Positions 9,979-18,603 of a DNA stretch of 45,642 nt are shown here, in pieces (the stretch's first letter is position 1; each line of letters starts with the position of its first letter). The notes under the pieces were generated by a model. That model made no database searches. It worked only from the letters and a program-made list of their open reading frames with translations, and was not told the DNA's origin. A program made the position numbers and the translations under genes. This DNA comes from Mollicutes bacterium. GTDB taxonomy: Bacteria; Bacillota_I; Bacilli_A; RFN20; CAG-826. Location: positions 1 to 45,642 of the forward strand of contig JALEXS010000036.1 of the NCBI GenBank assembly GCA_022780025.1, written 5' to 3'.

Positions 9979-11962
9979 TTTCTTTTACCCCCTTTAATGC
10001 ATTATTAATTCTTTCTTTAACAATACGTGGCATTTCAACTTTTGGAGCATCTGGATATAATAACCAAGTTGCTGCGTAGTGAGTATCACTTACTTTAAAG
10101 AAAGGTGGCTCATATTTAAAATCAATTGCCATCGCATATTTACTTCTTAAAGCAAAAGCATCTCCTTTAGGTGGGAAACGTAAATCAGGTGGAGTACCTG
10201 GAATTGCTTCAAGTTTTTCTTTAGAATCGATATCAGGAATAGATGATAATAAAGCCCATGTGTAAGGATGTTTTGGTTCGAAGAATACTTCACTTGATAA
10301 GCCATATTCAACAATCTTACCAGCATACATTACAGCGACACGATCAGCCATATTAGCAACAACACCTAAATCGTGAGTAATAAATATACAACTTAATCCT
10401 CTTTCATGTTTAAGTTTATTAATTAATTCAAGAATTTGAGCTTGAATAGTAACGTCAAGAGCAGTTGTAGGTTCATCACAAATTAAAATATCTGGATTAG
10501 CAGTTAAAGCAATTGCGATAACAATTCTTTGTCTCATACCACCACTAAATTCAAATGGATATTGCTTAAAACGTTTTTCAGGAAGAGGAATACCAACTTC
10601 TTTCATAACATCTAAAGCCATCTTTTTAGCTTCTTTTTTAGTAATTTTTGTTTTATTAACAAATTCTTCTTTAGCAGCTTCGATTTCTTTTTCTAATTTA
10701 GATATTTCTAATAAATAAGAAGCATAATCTTTATTTGGAATTTCTTCTAAAACTAATTCTTTTTTATCAGAAGTACGAGTTAAATTAATTTCAAAATTCT
10801 TCTTTTTCTCTTTATTAAATTTTTTAGTAGCTAATTCATTACGAGCTAAAATTTCATCAATTTCTTTAAGCAAATCAGGATTAGTTTGTTCTAATTCTCT
10901 ACGTAATAAACTAATCTTATTTTTATAATCGCTAATCTTATAATTGATAGAATCAACAGTTTCTTTTAACTTTAAAGTAATCTCAGCTTTATACTCAAGA
11001 TTATCTTTTTTAGCAACTACTTTAGCTTTCTTTAATCTAACTAATAATAATGGTTTTAATTCTAAATATCTGAGTTTAGCAGACTTTTTATTATTTTTAA
11101 TATAGTTTTTACGGTCTAAAATTCTTTTAAGATAATCAAATTCACCATCAATATTAAAATTCTTTTTATATTCTAAAATTTCTTCTAATGACTTTTGAGC
11201 ATGAGCTAATCTAATATCATAAACTTTATTTTTTTCTTCATCTTGAGATAAAGCTTTATGTCTATTAATATGATCGATTTGATAATTTAAATTATTTATT
11301 TCAACATCTAATAAATCATAAATTTTTCTAAAATGTTCTTTGATTTTTTCATCTAAAGTTAATTCATTTGTAGCTTCTTTAATTTCTTTATTTTTCTTAA
11401 TAAGTTTTTGTTCTTTTTTATAATCTTTTTCAAATTGATCTAATAAGCTTAACTCATTATCACATTTACTAATTTCATATTTATAATTAGCACGATTATT
11501 ACGGTAAGCAACTAATTCTTTAGAAATTAATTCATTATATCTTTTCTTTAAGATATTTGAATTAATCATTGTTGCTTCAATAATTTGTTTACCTACTTTC
11601 ATAATAGGATTTAAAGAACTAAGAGGATCTTGGAAAATCATTCCAATTTTATGTCCTCTAATACGGTGAAATTCTTCTTCACTAACTCTAACTAAATCTT
11701 CGCCTTCATAAAGAATTTGACCACTTTCAATAATAGCATTTTTAGGTAAAATACCCATGATAGTTTTACTAGTAACACTTTTACCGCTACCACTTTCACC
11801 GACAATGCATAAAGTTTCACCTTTATATAAATCAAAGCTTACACCTCTAACAGCATAAACCATCCCTGAATCGCTTCTAAAAGAAACTCTTAAGTTTTCT
11901 ACACTTAATACTTTTTCTTTATCTTTATATGTAATATTAACTCTTTTTTCCATATTATTCAT
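9965..11962 (-). CDS. oppD: Oligopeptide ABC transporter ATPase with ~300-aa charged insertion
   Basis: GESGSGKS, MIFQDP, YPFEFSGGMRQR, CDEPTTALD, HPYTWALL, IPGTPP; alternative start 11953. Confidence 0.93.
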   Translation of the reverse strand: MNNMEKRVNITYKDKEKVLSVENLRVSFRSDSGMVYAVRGVSFDLYKGETLCIVGESGSGKSVTSKTIMGILPKNAIIESGQILYEGEDLVRVSEEEFHRIRGHKIGMIFQDPLSSLNPIMKVGKQIIEATMINSNILKKRYNELISKELVAYRNNRANYKYEISKCDNELSLLDQFEKDYKKEQKLIKKNKEIKEATNELTLDEKIKEHFRKIYDLLDVEINNLNYQIDHINRHKALSQDEEKNKVYDIRLAHAQKSLEEILEYKKNFNIDGEFDYLKRILDRKNYIKNNKKSAKLRYLELKPLLLVRLKKAKVVAKKDNLEYKAEITLKLKETVDSINYKISDYKNKISLLRRELEQTNPDLLKEIDEILARNELATKKFNKEKKKNFEINLTRTSDKKELVLEEIPNKDYASYLLEISKLEKEIEAAKEEFVNKTKITKKEAKKMALDVMKEVGIPLPEKRFKQYPFEFSGGMRQRIVIAIALTANPDILICDEPTTALDVTIQAQILELINKLKHERGLSCIFITHDLGVVANMADRVAVMYAGKIVEYGLSSEVFFEPKHPYTWALLSSIPDIDSKEKLEAIPGTPPDLRFPPKGDAFALRSKYAMAIDFKYEPPFFKVSDTHYAATWLLYPDAPKVEMPRIVKERINNALKGVKENEGE

Positions 11963-13973
11963 CCGATCCTTTCAAAGATGGGTTAAAGGCATCTCTAAGC
12001 CCATTACCAAATAAATTAAACGAAATCATTAATAAAGCAATAATAATAGCAGGGACAACTAATAAATGAGGATAAGATTGAAGGAATTTTTGGTTATCAG
12101 ATAAAATAACACCAAGAGATTGTAATCCTTTAAGTCCAAGTCCTAAATAAGATATAGTAGCTTCACTAAAAATAACGCTAGGAATCATTAATACACTACT
12201 TGTAATAATAGTACCCATTGCATTAGGTAAAATGTGTCTAAAAATAAGTCGAACATTGCCAGCACCTAAAGTTCTACTAGCTAAAACGTATTCTCTACCT
12301 CTAAAACGATAGAATTGAGTTCTAGTAACAGCACTAGTTCCAATCCAACCAGTTAAACATAATGCTAAACAGAATATCCAGAATGATTGACCAAATTTTA
12401 AGATCATTAAAGTCATCATAACGATCCAAGGTATACCACTTAAAATATCAGTAAATCTTTCCATAAGTAAATCTGGTAATCCACCAAAATATCCAGCAAT
12501 AGACCCCCAAACTAAACCAAAGATAAAACAGATTGCACTAGATATTAAACCTAATAATAAAGATGTTCTTAAACCAATAAAAACAATTTTAAGTAAATCT
12601 TGTCCTACTTGATTAGTACCAAATAAGAAAGTAGGCATCTTGTCATAACCTAATAATTTATAATTATAAATACCACATTCAAATTTATAATAAACATTAC
12701 CAGTTTCATCACTAGATAACTTAACACTATTAACATAGACTATTGGAGTATCATCATATCCCATTTCATAAAGATTAACATTTATATAATTACTACGATT
12801 TGTAATAAAATCTTTAGGTAATTTACCTTTATCAATATAATTTTGAATACTACTTTGATCAATTGTCATTTGCTTTATACCATAGACTGCATCATAAGCA
12901 TCATAAGTAAAATCAACATAATAACAAGTAGCACCCTTAAGTTCACGGGCACCATTACCAAAACTATAAATATTCCAATAACTTAATTTATCACTACTAT
13001 CAATATATAATTTTTTACAAGCATCAGTAATAGATACATTTTCATCAGTAGTATTATTTACTTCATAGAAGAAATTCTTAATTGGAATAAATGTATTAGT
13101 TTTACTACTAGCTTTTAAATTAAATGAAATATAAGCATTTTCATATTTTGTAATTGTAGGAGCTTTTTCAGTTAATATAGAATTTAAATTAATAATTTTA
13201 TTATTTACTTTTTCATTAAAATCTTTTAAAACAATTTGATTTTCATTTAAAACTCCTGCTTCTTGAGTTTCACTAGGATATTCAAAAGTAATTGAATATT
13301 CACCTAATTCATAACCATCATAAGTATCATCACTAAGCATATAATTAATTAAATAATTATTAGTACTTAAATCAATAGATATTGAAGGAGAGAAATATTT
13401 AACTAAGTGGTTATTAATATATTCTTCACTATCATTACTTAATTTATCACTAGAAATAATAATACTTCCACCATTACCATAAGGAGAAGGAACATTAGTG
13501 ACACCTTGTTTAGGTAAAGATAATTTAACTATACTACTTTTTTCAAAACTAATTGTATATCCTTGAACTTTACTTTCACCAGGATACATATAACCATTAC
13601 TATCTTTAGTAGATGGATCAGCTATTTTATCTTTATATTCAACAGTTCCATCCCAAAAACCAGTACCAGCATCAAATAATTTAGGTGGCAAAAATTGTTC
13701 AACTGGATGTTGTTTTTCTGTATCATAAGTAATCGCTACAGGTAAAACAAAACTTAAAACAAGTAAAACACCTAAAATAACTGCGCCAGTAACACTAGAT
13801 TTATTCTTACAAAATCTTTTTAAAGCATCTTTAAAGAATGTGGTAGGTTTATTTTTAAATTTAGTATCATGAATTGATTTATCAATTTGAACTAATTTAA
13901 AATCATCATTATTTAATTTAACAGAATGAGAAACATTACCACTATCAATATATTGAAATTCTTTTTCTTCCAT
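11955..13973 (-). CDS. oppC: Oligopeptide ABC permease with large extracellular insertion
   Basis: DALKRFCKNK N-terminal motif, FLFGTNQVGQD, EYVLASRTLG, RHILPN, GLRDAFNP. Confidence 0.92.
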   Translation of the reverse strand: MEEKEFQYIDSGNVSHSVKLNNDDFKLVQIDKSIHDTKFKNKPTTFFKDALKRFCKNKSSVTGAVILGVLLVLSFVLPVAITYDTEKQHPVEQFLPPKLFDAGTGFWDGTVEYKDKIADPSTKDSNGYMYPGESKVQGYTISFEKSSIVKLSLPKQGVTNVPSPYGNGGSIIISSDKLSNDSEEYINNHLVKYFSPSISIDLSTNNYLINYMLSDDTYDGYELGEYSITFEYPSETQEAGVLNENQIVLKDFNEKVNNKIINLNSILTEKAPTITKYENAYISFNLKASSKTNTFIPIKNFFYEVNNTTDENVSITDACKKLYIDSSDKLSYWNIYSFGNGARELKGATCYYVDFTYDAYDAVYGIKQMTIDQSSIQNYIDKGKLPKDFITNRSNYINVNLYEMGYDDTPIVYVNSVKLSSDETGNVYYKFECGIYNYKLLGYDKMPTFLFGTNQVGQDLLKIVFIGLRTSLLLGLISSAICFIFGLVWGSIAGYFGGLPDLLMERFTDILSGIPWIVMMTLMILKFGQSFWIFCLALCLTGWIGTSAVTRTQFYRFRGREYVLASRTLGAGNVRLIFRHILPNAMGTIITSSVLMIPSVIFSEATISYLGLGLKGLQSLGVILSDNQKFLQSYPHLLVVPAIIIALLMISFNLFGNGLRDAFNPSLKGSDE

Positions 13974-13975
13974 AA

Positions 13976-15010
13976 TTAATTCTTAGCCCCCATTCTAATA
14001 CGTGGATCAATAAAGCCATAAGATAAGTCTACTAAAACGCCAGCAAGTAAACTAATAAGAGTAAATACAGCCATATCAACCATTAAGACGTTATAATCTT
14101 TTAAATTAATAGCATCTATAAATAAACTTCCAATTCCAGGGATAGCATAAAGTTGTTCAAGAATCATACTACCGCCTAAAACACTAATAAATGAAGAAAT
14201 AATTGATGGTAAAATAGGAACCATCGCATTTCTTAAAGCATGTCTAATAATTGATTGAGTTTTTGTTAAACCTTTAGTTCTAGCAAGTAAAAGATAATCA
14301 CTACTCATAACTTCACAAAGTTCAGCTCTAGTAAAACGTGTATAACTAGCAACAGAACCAAAACAAAGTGATAAAACAGGTATGACATAACCTGCTACTT
14401 TTGTACTAGTTGAGGCTGTTTCACTTGGCCATTGCATAGGTAGCCAATTATTAGAAAAACAAAGCCAAAGCATTAATAAAGAAATAACAACAAAACTAGG
14501 AACACTAATAAAAACCATAACAATAGTTGATATAAAGTGATCAGTTAATTTATTCTTTTTTAAAGCAGCGACTATACCAAATAAAATTCCTAAAGGAACA
14601 CTAATAAATACAGATATAATATTAATTCTTAAAGAATATGTTAATCTACCAGCAATAATGCTCATTGCATCGACATTAGGATCAATATCAGTTGATGTAC
14701 CCCAATCCCATTTTGTAAAAATGTTCCTTAGCCAGTTTCCATATTGGCTCATAACTGGTGTTGAATAATAATAATATGTACCAAAACCATAGTCATATTG
14801 CCATAAAAGTTCACCATAAGCTGGGTTAGGTTCACTGAAAGCTTTAACATAACCTAAAGCTACTTGTTTTTGATAAAAACCAAAAACAACACTAGGAAGT
14901 CCTGCTGGCTTAGAAATAGGAAGCATTTTCATAAATATAAAAGTTAAACTAAGAATAATAAAAGCAGTAACAACAGCTAATAAGATTCTTTTAATAACAT
15001 ACTTTGTCAT
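13976..15010 (-). CDS. oppB: Oligopeptide ABC permease
   Basis: KYVIKRIL, DYLLLARTKGL, RHALRNA, DLSYGFIDPRIR; SD AGGAGG. Confidence 0.95.
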   Translation of the reverse strand: MTKYVIKRILLAVVTAFIILSLTFIFMKMLPISKPAGLPSVVFGFYQKQVALGYVKAFSEPNPAYGELLWQYDYGFGTYYYYSTPVMSQYGNWLRNIFTKWDWGTSTDIDPNVDAMSIIAGRLTYSLRINIISVFISVPLGILFGIVAALKKNKLTDHFISTIVMVFISVPSFVVISLLMLWLCFSNNWLPMQWPSETASTSTKVAGYVIPVLSLCFGSVASYTRFTRAELCEVMSSDYLLLARTKGLTKTQSIIRHALRNAMVPILPSIISSFISVLGGSMILEQLYAIPGIGSLFIDAINLKDYNVLMVDMAVFTLISLLAGVLVDLSYGFIDPRIRMGAKN

Positions 15011-15072
15011 CCTCTTCCTCCTAAATATACTTTTAATATTATATCAATAATATTAAATATGAAAAAGAAGAA

Positions 15073-15103
15073 ATTAGCACAAGTATGATAAACTTGTGCT
15101 AAT
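15073..15103 (-). terminator. Hairpin between oppA and oppB (terminator or mRNA stabiliser)
   Basis: Perfect 12-bp stem ATTAGCACAAGT/ACTTGTGCTAAT, followed by a T-rich tract on the minus strand. Confidence 0.75.
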
Positions 15104-15131
15104 ATTCTTCAATTAATTAAATAATAACTAA

Positions 15132-17996
15132 TTAACCTTGATATGGGTTACGTTTTGTGTGTTTAACTTCAATATAACTTGATGAAGTTAATGTATCACT
15201 ACCACTAACAAATTGCATATCATAGTTAATTTGGAATGTAACTTTTGTACCAGTAATAATCTTGTCACTATTATCAGCATTAGTTGCATCATATTTGATT
15301 TTAAATGTAATAGTACCAGCATCACTATCTGCACCAGTAACTACTGCATCATTAACTAAATATGTAGCATAAGCAGTTTCAGATTGACTCTTATTATATT
15401 GGACGAAGACATAAATTCCATCATCACTATTAATAGCAACTTTTACATCTTTAGAACCACTAAGAATACTAGCTTTTGTCCAAGAAATAACTACATCATA
15501 AGATTTATCTTCTGAATTAAATTCCATCTTACTAACTTTTAAAGTAAATGGAGCAACGATTTGACCTTTAGAATCAATTGAAGTACCACTATTAGCAGCA
15601 GTAAATAAACTATCAAATGACCAAGTTTTACCTTCATAAACTAATGTATTATCAATGGTATCAGTTGGAACGCCCCAGTTAAGAGTAAATCCACTACTAT
15701 CATCACTCTTTAAAACTTCTAAGAAGTTTAATGGGTTTAAAGCATTACCAGAAATAGAACCAAATCCTAAATCGAAGTTACCAACTTGTAAATGTTTACT
15801 ATAAACATCTTCATAGTTACTAGTACCATCATGATTTACGACATCTAATTTAAATTTACCACCACTAACGGCGTTATCATTAAATGCACTTTCAATGTAT
15901 TCTTCAATCTTAGCACCATAGTTTTTAGTATCATCAGTATTCATCCAATAAATATCGATTGTTTCGTGATTTTTATTTGGATTAGTTAAGTCATAACTTC
16001 CTGCAGCAACACATTCTTGAAGAGCTTTTTTAAAGTGATTAATTGCAGCATCTTTATCATAACCATAAGTTTCTGGGAATCTAGTAGCTAAATTAGCTTT
16101 ATGATAAACTGTATCGTTATAAGATAAACCTGCTTCTGGATCATATAAATAAGCATCACCGAAGTAATCTTGTGAAGGAATTGTACCTAAACTTTCAGCA
16201 TATTCTTTTCTATTAATACATTCATTTAAACCTCTTAAGAAATTCTTATTAGACATAAGAGCTTTAACGGTGTATTTAACACTATTTGCTTTCTTTTTAA
16301 ATACTTTTTCATAGTGAGCATCCCATTGTGCTTGAGTTGCACTATTAACATTAAGTTTAAATGTAGAATCACCTAAAGTTTCATGTTTTCTAGGATCACT
16401 AGCATATTTTTCAAGTTGACCTTGAGGAATTGAAGAAGTATCAATTACTCCTTGTTCAAACAAATTTAAGACAGTTTGTTCATCTGCTCCTGCTTTAATA
16501 AAGCAGTGAATTCCAGGAATCTTATATCTAGATTTAATTGATTCATCATTATCTTTATAAATGTTATCGATATATTTATCATTCTTTTTAAAGACAATTT
16601 CATTTTGATCACTGTTCCAGCTTTCAAGCATATAAGGCCCCAAGCAAAGAATATTATCAACAACAGTTCTATTATGTTTACTATCGTTAGATCCGTAATA
16701 TGTCATACCACCGATTTCAGTAACAAAATCTTTTGGGAATGGCATTGTAAGATTACCAGCTAAACTATATTTAGCATAGAATGTTGTAGTTGATTTAGCT
16801 AATGTAAATACTAAAGTATCTTTTGTTCCTTCTTTAACTTTAATACCAACATTTAACTTTTCCCATAATTCATCATCAACACCACCATCACTTAAGTTAT
16901 AGTAAGCATTAGCACCAGCTAAAGTACCATCACTTGTAATAGAAGTCATTTCAGCACCACGGGATAAATTATTTTTCTTAGTTAATAATTGTTTATAAGC
17001 GTTGATATAATCTTCAATTTCAACTGGTCTACCATCATATCCTTTACCAGTAGAAGCATCATATTTTCCTAATTTTGTAGATGTTGTTCTATAAACTAAT
17101 CCACTATTTTCATATGTTTTAACTTTAACTTCAAATTGAGTAGCAAAGCCACTAGCATTAGCATTAGTTGGAACTGGATTTTCACTAATTGCTAAACTTG
17201 GATACCATTCATAACCAGTTTTAGTCTTATTCATTTTAGTTGACCATAAACCAGTAGAAATATAACCATATAAATCACCAGTAACACTACCTTGAGAATT
17301 CAAGTAATTAATATTACTTGGTTTAGTTGAAAGTAATGAGTGATAATATGACTTCCATTCAGTATTTTGTGAAGCATTAGCAAGTTCAGCAGGTTGAGTA
17401 ATTTCACCATCTGTTAAATTACCATAACCATAACCTGGAATATATTTATCAGCACCAGTTTTAACACGTGGATTATATAAAACATATCCACCATTTTGGA
17501 ATAAAGTAATACCCATTAAGGAATTATCTAAAGCCCAACCTTCAAGTTTTCCAATAATTTCAGCTTTTTCTTCATAAGATTTAGCTTGGAAATTATAACC
17601 ACCACTAGCTTGAGATGCACTTTCTTCTACTTTAATAGTAATTTTTTTACTAATACCACCATAAGTAGCTGTACAAGTAATAATTGCTTCACCAACACCA
17701 TTAGCAGTAATTTGACCATTTACTGGATTAACAGTAACGATACTAGGAGCACTTGAAACATATTCAAATTCTTTAGTAGCATTAGATGGGCTAATTTCCA
17801 TTGGAACTACAGAATTAATTTCTCCTTTATACATTAAATTATTACTAACACCAGCTTGTAAAGTGAAATCCTTAACATCTACTTTTTGAGTAGGTGATGG
17901 TGGAGTTGGTGTATCAGGGGTTTTTCGACAACTAGTAGCACCAAACGTGACTAAGCATAGAGTTGCAAATCCTAGTACAAACTTACCTTTTCTCAT
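15132..17996 (-). CDS. oppA: Oligopeptide-binding lipoprotein (SBP family 5) with N-terminal Big_2 domain and C-terminal extension
   Basis: Lipobox ATSC; LGPYMLESW...IVFKKNDKY, NKNFLRGL, GNFDLG family-5-like motifs; PSNAT...SSAPSIVTV...GVGEAIIT Big_2 motif; first gene of the opp operon. Confidence 0.85.
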   Translation of the reverse strand: MRKGKFVLGFATLCLVTFGATSCRKTPDTPTPPSPTQKVDVKDFTLQAGVSNNLMYKGEINSVVPMEISPSNATKEFEYVSSAPSIVTVNPVNGQITANGVGEAIITCTATYGGISKKITIKVEESASQASGGYNFQAKSYEEKAEIIGKLEGWALDNSLMGITLFQNGGYVLYNPRVKTGADKYIPGYGYGNLTDGEITQPAELANASQNTEWKSYYHSLLSTKPSNINYLNSQGSVTGDLYGYISTGLWSTKMNKTKTGYEWYPSLAISENPVPTNANASGFATQFEVKVKTYENSGLVYRTTSTKLGKYDASTGKGYDGRPVEIEDYINAYKQLLTKKNNLSRGAEMTSITSDGTLAGANAYYNLSDGGVDDELWEKLNVGIKVKEGTKDTLVFTLAKSTTTFYAKYSLAGNLTMPFPKDFVTEIGGMTYYGSNDSKHNRTVVDNILCLGPYMLESWNSDQNEIVFKKNDKYIDNIYKDNDESIKSRYKIPGIHCFIKAGADEQTVLNLFEQGVIDTSSIPQGQLEKYASDPRKHETLGDSTFKLNVNSATQAQWDAHYEKVFKKKANSVKYTVKALMSNKNFLRGLNECINRKEYAESLGTIPSQDYFGDAYLYDPEAGLSYNDTVYHKANLATRFPETYGYDKDAAINHFKKALQECVAAGSYDLTNPNKNHETIDIYWMNTDDTKNYGAKIEEYIESAFNDNAVSGGKFKLDVVNHDGTSNYEDVYSKHLQVGNFDLGFGSISGNALNPLNFLEVLKSDDSSGFTLNWGVPTDTIDNTLVYEGKTWSFDSLFTAANSGTSIDSKGQIVAPFTLKVSKMEFNSEDKSYDVVISWTKASILSGSKDVKVAINSDDGIYVFVQYNKSQSETAYATYLVNDAVVTGADSDAGTITFKIKYDATNADNSDKIITGTKVTFQINYDMQFVSGSDTLTSSSYIEVKHTKRNPYQG

Positions 17997-18150
17997 AATT
18001 TTTACCTCCTATAATAAAAATAAACAAAAATATTTCATTCTATTTATGCTTTGTAAATATATAACTTTTTAAGTTATATTTTTAAATATGAAATATCTAT
18101 TAATAAAAAATTAATAAATATTCAATAGTAATGATTATATCACACTTTTT

Positions 18151-18537
18151 TTATATACAAAAATATAAAATTAACGCAATTAATAAAAAAATAAAAGAAA
18201 TAAATATATATCCAAGGGGTGAAAGTTTATTTTCTTTACGATTTTTTTGCTTTTTTTCTTTATATTCATAAAGATCTTTATACTTTTTTTCTTTCTTAAT
18301 ACTTAATGAATATGGGATTACACTAAATCCATAACTAATAGAATCAAAAAATCCTTCATTATTAACATAAGATAATAAACCAATAATAAATACAAAAAAT
18401 CCAGCTAAAAATAATCCATCACAAGCGATAGCTAAATTCATATTAAATCTTATTAGATAATAAATTAAAAAGAATATAATTCCGATAACTAATCCAATAA
18501 GAGCACTAAATAAAATAACTTTTAATTTATTCTTCAT
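18151..18537 (-). CDS. Small membrane protein, DUF3899-like
   Basis: Three hydrophobic segments and GFFDSISYGF motif; position just upstream of oppA fits this family. Confidence 0.7.
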   Translation of the reverse strand: MKNKLKVILFSALIGLVIGIIFFLIYYLIRFNMNLAIACDGLFLAGFFVFIIGLLSYVNNEGFFDSISYGFSVIPYSLSIKKEKKYKDLYEYKEKKQKNRKENKLSPLGYIFISFIFLLIALILYFCI

Positions 18538-18557
18538 TTTTTACTTTTTAATAACAA

Positions 18558-18581
18558 TAAGGAGCTCAAACGAGCTCCTTA
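18558..18581 (-). terminator. Hairpin after the protease gene
   Basis: Perfect stem TAAGGAGCTC-AAAC-GAGCTCCTTA. Confidence 0.75.
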
Positions 18582-18603
18582 ATTATAACTTAATTTAAAC
18601 TAA

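Noticed and set aside
16466-16663. 65-aa alternative-frame ORF in oppA
   Set aside because: Nested out of frame, with no SD or motif
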